Source: an uncultured Spirochaetota bacterium
GTDB lineage: Bacteria; Spirochaetota; Spirochaetia; SZUA-6; Fen-1364
NCBI GenBank assembly: GCA_963845535.1
Contig: CAWJSK010000015.1
Location: forward strand, 320,001-384,000
Direction of reading: 5' to 3'
DNA length: 64,000 nucleotides
This document shows positions 50,723-60,453 of this stretch, piece by piece; position 1 is the first letter of the stretch, and the number at the start of each line of letters is the position of its first letter. Made by a program: the position numbers and the translations under genes. The notes under the pieces were generated by a model. The model had not been told where the DNA came from, ran no database searches, and saw only the letters and a list, made by a program, of their open reading frames with translations.

Positions 50723-53053
50723 AAAAGCACTCGGCTTCCCGCGTGATCGGCGTTTTTGCCGCGCAACTGGATGACGCGTACCAGACCGCCCTCTGGCGGG
50801 GCATTCAGACCCGCGCCCGCAGCCGTGGAGTCGGGGTCGTGTGCTTCCTCGGGCACCGCATCGGCTCTCCCATCGAGTCGGAGGCCGCGGCGAACGCAGC
50901 GTTCGGGATCGCGGACAGCACGAGCATTGACGGCCTGATCATCGTCTCCAGCGTCATAGCGACGTTCCTGGATTCTTCCGGGCTCGGGAAGCTTTTTGCC
51001 TCCCGGCGCGGAATGCCCCAGGTGTCCGTGGGCTTGCGCGTGCCCGGGGTTACCAGCGTCACCGTTGACGGCTCCAACGCGGTGGCTTCCCTGGTGGACC
51101 ACCTTGCCCGTCGTCCATGGGCGCACGAGGTTTGCCGTGATCGGCGGACCCGCCGGCCACGCGGAAGCCGAGCAGAGGATGAAGGCGTTCCATGCCGCTC
51201 TCGGGACGGCAGGGCTCACCTGTGATCCATCTCTCGTTGCACTCGGCACGTTCCTGAGGGACTCGGGCGAGCAGGCTGCCCGTGACATCATTGGCTCCGG
51301 GAAGCGCTTTGACGCGCTTGTCTGCATGAACGACAGCATGGCTTTGGGCGCCATGGACGTCCTGCGCGCGGCCGGCCTGCGCGTGCCTGAGGACGTGGCA
51401 GTCGTCGGGTTCGACGGGATCGAGGAGTCCGGCGTCGTGACGCCGCCGCTTACCACGGTCCGTCAGCCCCTTGACGAGGTGGGGGCTGCCGCCACCGACG
51501 CTCTCCTGGACTTGATGGACACCGGCGCGGCATGTGACCGCGCGCTCGCCTGTGAGCCGGTCATTCGGCAGTCCTGCGGGTGCCCGCCCCGCAGAGGCTA
51601 TGATCCCGGCCGCTCCGAGATTCCTCGTGACGCCACCGTGCTGGAGCGCACGGCAATTGCCGAGCTGACCGCCGCCGCTGGCTCGCCGGAGCCCTTCATT
51701 GCCCGACTCAGCTCGGCGCTTTCCGACACCATCCTCGCCGGCGGCCGTCCCAGCGCCTGGCGTGAGTACGTGTCCGTAATCAGGCATTCTGCCTCTTTGC
51801 CGGAAGACCTGTTCGAGTTCGCGCTCGTGATAATCGGGTACGCGGAAAACCGTCTCGAGGCAGCCCAGCGCGTGGCCGCGGAGGAAAGGCTTGCAACTCT
51901 TCGCGCAATCAGCTCGAGCCTCGCGGGCGCTTTCGAGATGCCGCTCATGCTCTCCCGCCTGGAGACAGGGCTCAGGCGGCTGGGCATCGGCGGCTGCTAC
52001 CTCGCTCTTTTCGAGCCCTTGGGATGGTCGCGGCTGGTCATGGTCCCGCGCGCCAGCTCCGCCCCGACGCCTTTGCCTCCGCGGGGGATCCGGTTTCGCA
52101 CGCACCGGCTCCTTCCTCCCCGGGTCGGCTCATCGTGGCGGGACGCCGTGTGGGTGCTCGAGCCGCTCGTGTTCCAGACCGAGCCGCTGGGCTATATCCT
52201 CCTCCCTCTTGGCGTGCCCGAGCCCGCGGTCTATGACACGCTCCGCCAGCAGGTTTCCAGCGCGCTCAAGGGAGCGCTCCTCCTGGACCAGGTGCGCTCC
52301 CACGAGAGGCGCCTGGAAGCGGAAGTGGAGCGGCGCACGGCGGAGCTGACCCGGGCCAACAGGGAATTGACCCGGGAGATCGAGCGGCGCAAGGGGCTGG
52401 AGCAGGAAGTCATCGAGATCTCCAACCTGACGATGCAGAGGATCGGGCAGGATCTCCACGACGATCTGTGCCAGCATCTCGCGGGAATAGCGATGTATGC
52501 ATCCGTCCTTCGGGGAGGGCTCTCCGCGCAGGATCACGCCGCCGTGGAATCCATCGAGCAGATCGGGAACCTCCTGGCGGATTCCATCACGCGGACCAAG
52601 CAGATCGCGCGCGGGCTGTATCCGGCGGGACTGGAGGAGCACGGGCTGGCCGCGGCCGTGGAGGAGCTGGTGGAAGCGGCGCGCCGAAGCCACCCCGCGA
52701 CCATCGACCTCCGAGTCTCCCCCGATTTTCTGCTCCCGGACACGGACCGGGCTCTTCAGGTGTATCGCATCCTGCAGGAGGCGCTCTCCAACGCGCTGAA
52801 GCACTCGCGGTCGGACCGCATCGAGGTGAGGCTGTACCGCGAGCCGCGCGGCGGCAACGGGACGGGCCCGGTGATCATTGCCGAAGTCTCTGATTACGGC
52901 GCCGGGATCCCGGCCCGCGTCACCGGGAACGGCATGGGTCTGCGGATCATGCGCTACCGGGCGGCCACCGCGGGCGCGGAGCTTCGCATTGAAAGCCTGG
53001 AGCCGGGGACCCGCGTATCCTGCCGCATGGGCGTCGGGGAGAAGGAGGCCTGA
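50716..53053 (+). CDS. LacI-type sugar-binding domain fused to a HisKA_3 histidine kinase; frameshift near 51108
   Basis: IDGLII, NDSMALG, VPEDVAVVGFD, PPLTTVRQP, then IGQDLHDDLCQ, EALSNALKHS, GMGLRIM. No HTH and no TM segment. Confidence 0.88.
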
Positions 53054-53709
53054 TGGTGAAGCCTGTCACGTTTCTCGTGGTTGATGACCACCCCGTCTTC
53101 CGCCAGGGCCTCGTGGCGCTCATCAGGAGCACTGACCGCTACATGGTGTGCGGGGAGGCGGGTTCCGCGGAAGAGGCGCTTGCGGCGCTGGAGAAAGCTG
53201 TCCCCGACATCGCCCTTGTGGACATCTCACTCGTCGGGAAGAACGGCCTGGACCTCGTACGGACGCTCAAGGCATCCCACCCCGCCATGCTCATCCTCAT
53301 CATCTCGATGCATGACGAGGTGGTGTACGCCGAGCGCGCTCTGAAGGCGGGCGCGCGCGGGTACGTGATGAAACAGGAAGCCGCCTCCGTCATGCTGGAC
53401 GCAATCACCACGGTCCTGTCGGGGAAGATCTACGTCTCCGCGGCAATGCGCGACAGGCTTTTGGAGACGATGTTCAGCCGCCGTGAGGAAAACGAGGCGC
53501 CTTCGGTGGAACGCCTCAGCGACCGCGAGCTGGAGGTGCTGGAGCGCATTGGCCAGGGGTACGGCGCCGCGGAGATCGCGAAGATGCTCAACCTCTCCGT
53601 GAAGACCGTCAACGCCTATCGCGACCATATCAAGGAGAAGCTGCGCGTGGACGGCGCCGGTGACCTCAGGCGCTTCGCGGTGAAATGGGTCCAGAGCCGG
53701 GATAAGTGA
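53053..53709 (+). CDS. NarL/LuxR-family response regulator
   Basis: VDDHP, GARGYVMK, LSDRELEV, LSVKTV. Confidence 0.95.
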   Translation: MVKPVTFLVVDDHPVFRQGLVALIRSTDRYMVCGEAGSAEEALAALEKAVPDIALVDISLVGKNGLDLVRTLKASHPAMLILIISMHDEVVYAERALKAGARGYVMKQEAASVMLDAITTVLSGKIYVSAAMRDRLLETMFSRREENEAPSVERLSDRELEVLERIGQGYGAAEIAKMLNLSVKTVNAYRDHIKEKLRVDGAGDLRRFAVKWVQSRDK

Positions 53710-53741
53710 TACGAGGCGCACGTCCTTCCGCGGCGCGGCTT

Positions 53742-55133
53742 TCAGAAGCTGTACCGCGCGTGGGCAAACACCTCGTTCTGGCCGCTCAACGCCCCGAACA
53801 CCGTGGAGCTTGTTGCCTGGATCCAGTGGAATCCGATCGTCAACTCGGCATTGTCCATGGGATGGATTGTGATGGACGGCGCGGCGAGGATGGCGTAGTT
53901 GTTCGGAATGTCGCTCCAGTTCCTCACCTCGAAGAGGAAACTGAAGGGCGTGAGCTTCAGCTTGCCGTCCAGGAGGTTCCAGTCCAGGTTGACGGAAAAA
54001 TAGTCATTGAGGTTTCCCGCGCCCGCTTCCTGGAAAAGCCCGTGAACGAACTGGGCGTTGAGATAGAGATCGCCGGGGAACGTGTAGTCTCCCCCCACCA
54101 CGTATTTCAGGTAGGGCGTGTTGTCCAGCGCGGTGGACTGGATGACGCCGCCGCCGAGGGCGCTGGAGTCCTGCGTGAGCGTGACCTTCTCAGGCAGGAA
54201 CACCGCGGCCTCGGCCCAGACGCCGACTCCCCCGATGGCACCGGCAAGGTCGGCGCCGAAGACGTGCTCTCGAGGATAGACGAGATTCACGCTGGCGTTG
54301 ACCGCCGTCATGCCGGAAGGCGTGATCACTTCGCTGTCGATTATGGGCAAGCTCTGTCTACCGTAGAGATAGGACACGGAAAGATCGTATCCGATGAGAT
54401 TGCCCTTGATCTTCAGGCCCGCATTGAGGCTGTCCGCAAGGGTGAGGCCGGGGAGCGTCACGTTCGTCGTGACTGTCCCGAGACTCAGCCCGGGAGGCGC
54501 CTGCACGGCCTGCGGCATGAGCGCGGTGGCCCACTGCCCCGTGGGCAGGACGGCAGGCGTGAACTGCGCCACGGCAAGCCCGGTGATCGTTATGCCTCCC
54601 GCATAAACCGAAAGCTGGACGCCATCCGATCCGAGGTGCCTGCCGAAGTCCCAGGGGTCGCTGAGGTCCAGGGCGTTCACGTTGTCGGTCGGGTTCAGCT
54701 TGTCCGCCGTTCCCCAGGCAATGCGCTGGCGGCCCACCTTCAAGTCTACGTTGCTGAATATGAACCCATTCAGCTCGAAGTAGGCTTCGCGAAGGTCCAG
54801 AGAGACCGGTGCCACGCCTCCGACGGTGAAGAGCTCCGAGGGGGGCGGAGGGGCCGACGGCAGGCCGGCGGAACGAACCCACGCTTCCGCGTGGAGCTTC
54901 GCCGCATCTGACGGCCTGGCATCCGTGACGAGCTCCAGGCGATACTCCTGGAACGTAAGCTGCGGGTTCGCCTCGGTGGATACCCGGTCATCCGTGGAAG
55001 CTGCTCCACCCAGAGAGACCGCGCTGCCTGCCCCCGAATCGGAGGGCTGCTGGGCCCAGGCAACAGGGCTCATGGTCAAGGCAAGGAGAGCGGCCAGGGC
55101 CGCAGCGGGCAGCGCCGCGAGCAATCGTCTCAT
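53742..55133 (-). CDS. Outer-membrane beta-barrel protein (DUF1302-like)
   Basis: Signal peptide, LREAY, GRQRIAWG..D..NPTD, C-terminal YSF. Confidence 0.75.
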   Translation of the reverse strand: MRRLLAALPAAALAALLALTMSPVAWAQQPSDSGAGSAVSLGGAASTDDRVSTEANPQLTFQEYRLELVTDARPSDAAKLHAEAWVRSAGLPSAPPPPSELFTVGGVAPVSLDLREAYFELNGFIFSNVDLKVGRQRIAWGTADKLNPTDNVNALDLSDPWDFGRHLGSDGVQLSVYAGGITITGLAVAQFTPAVLPTGQWATALMPQAVQAPPGLSLGTVTTNVTLPGLTLADSLNAGLKIKGNLIGYDLSVSYLYGRQSLPIIDSEVITPSGMTAVNASVNLVYPREHVFGADLAGAIGGVGVWAEAAVFLPEKVTLTQDSSALGGGVIQSTALDNTPYLKYVVGGDYTFPGDLYLNAQFVHGLFQEAGAGNLNDYFSVNLDWNLLDGKLKLTPFSFLFEVRNWSDIPNNYAILAAPSITIHPMDNAELTIGFHWIQATSSTVFGALSGQNEVFAHARYSF

Positions 55134-55144
55134 GGTGAGTCCTC

Positions 55145-55897
55145 CTACTGGCCGAGGTAGCGCTCGGTGAACTTCTCATCCCCGATCCCCGTGTCGAGCT
55201 TGAGATCTGAGACGAGCATCTGCGTTGTGTGCTGCTTCCTGAGGTCCTCCATCGTGCTGTCCATGGAGACCCAGTATCCCTTCACCTGCTTCAGGTCTCC
55301 GCGGACAAGGACCTTGGAAAGAGTCCCTGACTTGTCGTAGTACTCGACGCGAACGGGATAGAAGTTGTCGTTGCGGACCGTCACGAGCTGCCGGGAGTAG
55401 TCCGTCGAGCTGCCGGGCTTCGGCGTCAGCTCCATGATGGTCGTGTCCTGGGCGCGGCTCTTGAATGCCGCCACCCACGTGGAGGACCATTTCACCGCTT
55501 CCAGGTCCTCGTACGTGAAATCCGTGCCCGCGAAGTTGGTGTTTTTCACGGAGCTTGCAATCCTTCGGACCTTGTTGAACGCCGGCAGGTACAGGTACTG
55601 GAGGTCTCCCGGCAGGGAGAGAAAGGCGATGCCCCTCTGGTCCGCCGGCGCCGTGAACCGCACCAGGCGCTTGTCACGGCCTTTCTGCAGCATCATCATT
55701 TCCCGGGTCTTGCGGGAGCCGTCCTTGTCCACCAACACAAGCTGGACGGTGTAGCTCTGGTCCTTCGGACCGTTGATTGCGTCATCAATTCTGTCCAGGA
55801 CCTGCGCCGGCGTCAGGTCGATGTCCTGCGCCAACGCCGGGAAGGCGGTGAGCGCCAGGAACAACAAGGCGGCCAGGGCGAGACGGGTGAGTTTCAT
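55145..55897 (-). CDS. LolA-like outer-membrane lipoprotein-sorting protein
   Basis: RFTAPADQRGIAFL, YLYLPA..KVRRI, FAGTDFTYED. Confidence 0.88.
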   Translation of the reverse strand: MKLTRLALAALLFLALTAFPALAQDIDLTPAQVLDRIDDAINGPKDQSYTVQLVLVDKDGSRKTREMMMLQKGRDKRLVRFTAPADQRGIAFLSLPGDLQYLYLPAFNKVRRIASSVKNTNFAGTDFTYEDLEAVKWSSTWVAAFKSRAQDTTIMELTPKPGSSTDYSRQLVTVRNDNFYPVRVEYYDKSGTLSKVLVRGDLKQVKGYWVSMDSTMEDLRKQHTTQMLVSDLKLDTGIGDEKFTERYLGQ

Positions 55898-58181
55898 GTG
55901 GTTCTTCCTCCAAGTCTTTGAGAGTATGGGCGTGTTCGCGGTCTCTGATGAAAAGCGAGGGCGCGCTCAGAATGAGGGCCGGCAGGAGCGTCAGCGCGCC
56001 CGTCCCGCTCGTGAGCATCACGACTGCCGTCAGGATCCCGAACTGTCGGAGCGGAATCAGGTTGGCGAAGAGGAGCGCAATGAACCCCATCGTGACGGCG
56101 AGCACGTTGATGATGATTGCCCTGCCGGTTGTCTGGATGGTCCTTGTGACGGCTTCCGCCGCCGTGGATGGTCCGCGGTAGTATGTGGAGAACCGGACGC
56201 TGAAGTGGATGGAATAGTCGATCCCGATCCCGAGCGCGATTGCGCCCACCAGGACGGTCGCTATATTGATGGGGATGCCGGTGATTCCCATGAGGCCGAA
56301 CATCACGACAATGGCCAGGACAATGGGCGCAAGGCCGATGATCCCCGCGCGCCAGGACCTGAGCTTGATGGCCAGAAGCAGGAAGATGAACACGAGCGCA
56401 ATCCCCAGGCTTTCCGCCTGGCTGCTGAGGACGCTCTGGTCAAGGTGCCAGGAGATGAGGGGCATGCCGGTGTAGCTGACGTCGACCAGCTTCCTGTCGA
56501 TCCCTCGGATGTAGCCGTCCAGGGAGTCGATCAGGTGCGCGAGCTGCGCGCTCTCCAGCATCCCGACCATTGCCTGGATCTGCCCTTCGTCCTTGGCGTC
56601 ATCGATCAGCCCGCTCACGAGGTCCTGGCCTTCGAGCAGGAACATGAGGTTGGCGACCTTCCCGCGATCATCGGGGATGACTTTTCGGCCGTCGATCAGC
56701 TCGTTCATCTCCGCAACCAGGTCGGCAATGGAGAGCGGGTTGGCGGCCAGGTGCTCCGTGGTGATGAACTTCTCCATCCGCAGCATCTCTTTGAGCACGC
56801 GCGGATCTGTCAGGTCCCCCTTGAAATCGATCTGCACCGGCCGCGAGCCGCCGAACTCGCGCTGCAGGAGCGCCTCGGTTGCCCTCACGGGGTTCCTGGC
56901 GTCGATGAACTTCGTGAACTCCGATTCGCGCCTGATCAGCGGGGCGCCTACGAGCGCGCAGACCAGGACGACTCCGCCTGCCACCAGGATGGCACGTCGA
57001 TGACGGACCACGATGTCACCCCACCGTTCCATGAGCCTCTGGATCAGGCGGTCCCTGGTCCGTTCCGTGCGCCGCGGTGAGACATGGATCGATCCCACGA
57101 CCGCCGGCACGAAGAAGATGGAGATAAGAAGGGAGAACGCCACCCCGATGGCGGAAAAGATCCCGAAGTCGCGGATGGTCGTGAGGTACGAGCCGACGAT
57201 GAACGATGAGAAGCCCAGGACGATAGTGAGGGCGGCAAGGACCACGCGTATCCCGACCTCCCGAAACGCCGACTGGGATTCCTCCCCCCGCGCGCCGTAG
57301 CGGGTCACATCCTCGTCGAACTTGCTCAGGATGTGGATGCACGGGGCGGTGCCAAGGGCCACGAGGAGGGCGGGGATGATGTCGGAGACCATCGTGAGGG
57401 GCACCTTGAGAAGCCCGAAAAGCCCAAGGACCCAGACGGTGCTCATGAGGACCGAGCCGAGGGGGATGAGGACCCCGCGGACGGTCCCGAATGATACGTA
57501 GAGGGTGAGAATTATCAGGATGGACACGATGGGGATCAGGATCTTCAAGTCGTGGAAAATGATGGCGGCAAGCTCTGAGGCCAGGAGCGGGCCGCCGCCG
57601 AATTGAAGCTTTTCCGCCGTATTGCATCCCGCGGCGGCCTCCTTGACGCGCGCCACAACGGAATCCGTTCGAACGCTCGAATCGATCTGGCAGACGATCA
57701 GCGTTGTGCGCCCGTCGTACGAGACGATGCCGCCGCGGTACCTCTCATTTCCCATGACGGTATTCCGCAGGGCCTGGATCTGCGCGGGCTCGGTGGGGGG
57801 ACTCCCCGGCTCGAAGAGCCGTCCGATCTCGATGCCCCCATCAGGCGCCTTTCGGATGTCCATCATGTCGGCAAGGCTGATGACCGAAGAGACGCCTTTG
57901 ATCCCCTGGAACGCCCGAGTGAGGTTGTCCACGTCCTTGAGCGTCTGGGCCGTGAACACATTGTCCGATTCCACCGCCACCAGCACGACGTCATTCTGAC
58001 CGAACTTTTCTCCCAAGTGGTTGAACAGCCGTACGGCTGCGTCCCCCTTGGGCAGGTAGGTAACCACGTCGCTGTTGACGGTGATGTCCTTGATCCAGTA
58101 CGCGAAGAAGAGCGTCGTGGCGACGAAGACGGCGATGATCAGAACGCGATGGCGGAAGACGAATGCCGTGAGTCGTTTCAT
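55785..58181 (-). CDS. RND/MMPL family transporter
   Basis: Two MMPL repeats, GIGIDYSIH, GFSSF. The C-terminal ~37 codons overlap the next gene, so the true stop may be earlier. Confidence 0.9.
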   Translation of the reverse strand: MKRLTAFVFRHRVLIIAVFVATTLFFAYWIKDITVNSDVVTYLPKGDAAVRLFNHLGEKFGQNDVVLVAVESDNVFTAQTLKDVDNLTRAFQGIKGVSSVISLADMMDIRKAPDGGIEIGRLFEPGSPPTEPAQIQALRNTVMGNERYRGGIVSYDGRTTLIVCQIDSSVRTDSVVARVKEAAAGCNTAEKLQFGGGPLLASELAAIIFHDLKILIPIVSILIILTLYVSFGTVRGVLIPLGSVLMSTVWVLGLFGLLKVPLTMVSDIIPALLVALGTAPCIHILSKFDEDVTRYGARGEESQSAFREVGIRVVLAALTIVLGFSSFIVGSYLTTIRDFGIFSAIGVAFSLLISIFFVPAVVGSIHVSPRRTERTRDRLIQRLMERWGDIVVRHRRAILVAGGVVLVCALVGAPLIRRESEFTKFIDARNPVRATEALLQREFGGSRPVQIDFKGDLTDPRVLKEMLRMEKFITTEHLAANPLSIADLVAEMNELIDGRKVIPDDRGKVANLMFLLEGQDLVSGLIDDAKDEGQIQAMVGMLESAQLAHLIDSLDGYIRGIDRKLVDVSYTGMPLISWHLDQSVLSSQAESLGIALVFIFLLLAIKLRSWRAGIIGLAPIVLAIVVMFGLMGITGIPINIATVLVGAIALGIGIDYSIHFSVRFSTYYRGPSTAAEAVTRTIQTTGRAIIINVLAVTMGFIALLFANLIPLRQFGILTAVVMLTSGTGALTLLPALILSAPSLFIRDREHAHTLKDLEEEPHETHPSRPGRLVVPGAHRLPGVGAGHRPDAGAGPGQN

Positions 58182-58184
58182 GGC

Positions 58185-58772
58185 CTACCGCCTGAGAATG
58201 CCCTTGAACAGAACTTCGAGCAGAGAGTCCAGTTTTTTTTCTGCTTCAGGTGGCTGCGGATCCGGTGAAAACGGGTATTCGAAAGCCCGGAAGGCCGTCA
58301 CCATTGCTGCCGCCGTGGTTCGGATGTCGCGAATGGAAAACCTGCCCTCCCTGACCCCTTGCTCAAGGATGCCGGAGATTATGGTGATCTCATCCCCGTC
58401 GAACATCTCGTGGATTCTCAGGAGCAGGTCGTACCGTTCCCGGGTTGCTTCGACGAACTCCAGATGCTGGTTCAGTTTCCTCTGGAACATCTCCGTTCGT
58501 TTGAGGATGTATGCCCTGATTTTTCCCTCCGGCGTGGGCTCTGCTTCGATAGCCTTGAGGAACTCCCCCCGAAGCTCGGCAACCTCGCTCTTGAATACCT
58601 CCAGGAAAATGTCCTCCTTGCACGTGAAATAGTGGTAGAGCGAGCTTTTTCCCATTCTCAGCGCACTGGCTATGTCGCTCATCGTGGTCTTCTCGAACCC
58701 GAACTGCTGGATGACAACCGCGGCTGCCTGGACCACGGATTGTTTCTGTTCGTCATACGTTTTGCCGTGCAT
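58185..58772 (-). CDS. TetR/AcrR family regulator
   Basis: GFEKTTMSDIA..LRMGKSSLYHYF..KEDIF. Confidence 0.93.
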   Translation of the reverse strand: MHGKTYDEQKQSVVQAAAVVIQQFGFEKTTMSDIASALRMGKSSLYHYFTCKEDIFLEVFKSEVAELRGEFLKAIEAEPTPEGKIRAYILKRTEMFQRKLNQHLEFVEATRERYDLLLRIHEMFDGDEITIISGILEQGVREGRFSIRDIRTTAAAMVTAFRAFEYPFSPDPQPPEAEKKLDSLLEVLFKGILRR

Positions 58773-58818
58773 CAAACAACCTCCCGTATCGAGAGCCTAT
58801 GGCATAGACAGCAAGTCC

Positions 58819-58847
58819 ATTCGACCAATTAGGACTTTTAGTCGAAT
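58819..58847. promoter_or_regulatory. Candidate TetR operator
   Basis: ATTCGAC-N15-GTCGAAT inverted repeat upstream of tetR. Confidence 0.5.
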
Positions 58848-58920
58848 AATCTATTCAATATAGCCCTTTGTTGTATGTTGTCAATATCTCTTGCGGCGAA
58901 TTTCTATGAAGTTGCTCGAT

Positions 58921-59079
58921 CCTGGGGAAAAGGAGAGGGTTGACCCTGGGGAAACCGCAAAAAGTGGAAAAGAGTTTTCCACTTTCTGCGGTTCTTATAG
59001 GGTTGCGGAGGGCTTTGCGGACAGCACCTTGTCAGCAGGCCGTCGTCAGGAGGCTCTTGTCCCCAGGCCTTGTCCCAGG
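58921..59079. repeat. Symmetric intergenic element: paired CCTGGGGA boxes and a 19-bp-arm palindrome
   Basis: CCTGGGGAAA at 58921 and 58945; inverted copies at 59057 and 59070; 18/19 inverted repeat at 58953-58993. Confidence 0.7.
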
Positions 59080-59086
59080 CTTTTGG

Positions 59087-60385
59087 CTATGGGTATATCC
59101 TCGAAATGGTGCGTGGGAACGGGATGCACTCCCTGATGTGCTGGGTGCCGCAGATCCACGCGAGCGTGCGCTCCAGCCCAATGCCGAAGCCTGAGTGCGG
59201 GACCGAGCCGTACTTGCGGAGGTCCAGGTACCAGCCGTAGGATTCTTCCGGCAGCTTCTCCTCATGGATGCGAGCCAGGAGCTTCTCGAGGACGTCCTCA
59301 CGCTGCGAGCCGCCAATGATCTCACCATACCCTTCAGGGGCCAGCAGGTCTGCGCAGAGAACGGTCTCCGGATTATCAGGATTCTCCTTCATATAGAAGG
59401 CTTTTGCCTTTTTCGGATAGTTCGTGACGAAAATCGGCTTCTCATGCATTTTTGTGAGGATCGTTTCGTCCTCCCCGCCCAGGTCGTCTCCCCACTGGAT
59501 GGCGCTTCCCTTTCCCTGGAGCGTTTTCACCGCCTCTCCGTAGTCCATTCGAATGAAGGGCGCCGTTACCTTTCGCAGGGGCTCGATGTCCCGCTCGAGC
59601 ACGGCCAGCTCCGCGGCGCAGTTGGCAAGGACGTCGGACACCACGCGGCTTACCATGTCCTCCTGGAGCCTCATGTTGTCCTGGTTGTCGAAATACGCCA
59701 CCTCGGCCTCCAGCATCCAGAACTCGGTAAGATGCCGGCGCGTCTTGGACTTTTCCGCCCGAAACGTCGGGCCGAAGTTGTACACCTTGCCGTACGCCAT
59801 GCAGGCGGCCTCGAGGTACAGCTGTCCTGTCTGGGCGAGGTACGCGTTGCCCAGGTCGAAATACGGCACCGTGAAAAGCGTGCCCGCGCTTTCACCGATT
59901 GAGCCGGTGAGGATGGGAGTGTCGACGAGCAGGTAGCCGCGCTCGTGGAAGAACGATCGGAATGACATGATGGCCTGGTCGCGGATGCGCATGATGGCCG
60001 CGGGACGCGTGGAGCGCAGCCACAGGTGCCTGTTCTCCAGGAGAAAGTCGATGCCGTGCTCCTTCTTGGAGATGGGGTAGTCGTCCGCCGGATTCTGGAC
60101 CACATCGAGGCCGACCACCGTGAGCTCGAATCCAGAGGGGGCCCGCTCGTCCTTTCGGACCTTGCCGCGGACTCTTACCGAAGCTTCCATGCGAAGGGCG
60201 GTGATTTTCGAGAAGCCGTCAACCCCGAACGCGCTTTCCTCCGCGACGCCCTGGATCCTCCCCGTCCCGTCGCGAAGCTGGAGGAACGCGATCTTTCCCT
60301 TCGACCTGAGGTTGTACAGCCAGCCCTGGATCTCCACTTCGGAATCCACGTGTTTTCCGATTTCCGTAATCGAAACCCTGTCCAT
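59087..60385 (-). CDS. asnS: Asparagine--tRNA ligase
   Basis: FLQLRDG, YLAQTGQLY, FRAEKSKTRRHLTEFWMLE, EIIGGSQRE, HSGFGIGLER. Confidence 0.97.
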   Translation of the reverse strand: MDRVSITEIGKHVDSEVEIQGWLYNLRSKGKIAFLQLRDGTGRIQGVAEESAFGVDGFSKITALRMEASVRVRGKVRKDERAPSGFELTVVGLDVVQNPADDYPISKKEHGIDFLLENRHLWLRSTRPAAIMRIRDQAIMSFRSFFHERGYLLVDTPILTGSIGESAGTLFTVPYFDLGNAYLAQTGQLYLEAACMAYGKVYNFGPTFRAEKSKTRRHLTEFWMLEAEVAYFDNQDNMRLQEDMVSRVVSDVLANCAAELAVLERDIEPLRKVTAPFIRMDYGEAVKTLQGKGSAIQWGDDLGGEDETILTKMHEKPIFVTNYPKKAKAFYMKENPDNPETVLCADLLAPEGYGEIIGGSQREDVLEKLLARIHEEKLPEESYGWYLDLRKYGSVPHSGFGIGLERTLAWICGTQHIRECIPFPRTISRIYP

Positions 60386-60453
60386 TCGCGATCTCCTTGG
60401 TGTCTGTGGTGTGGTGGCGCGCGGGGGGCCCGTTGGCGCGAGTCCAACCGCGC

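Noticed and set aside
18827..57080. Many long antisense or overlapping ORFs (e.g. 18827-20392, 31478-32671, 53706-54911, 55773-57080)
   Set aside because: Shadow frames expected from high-GC codon bias; no recognisable motifs.
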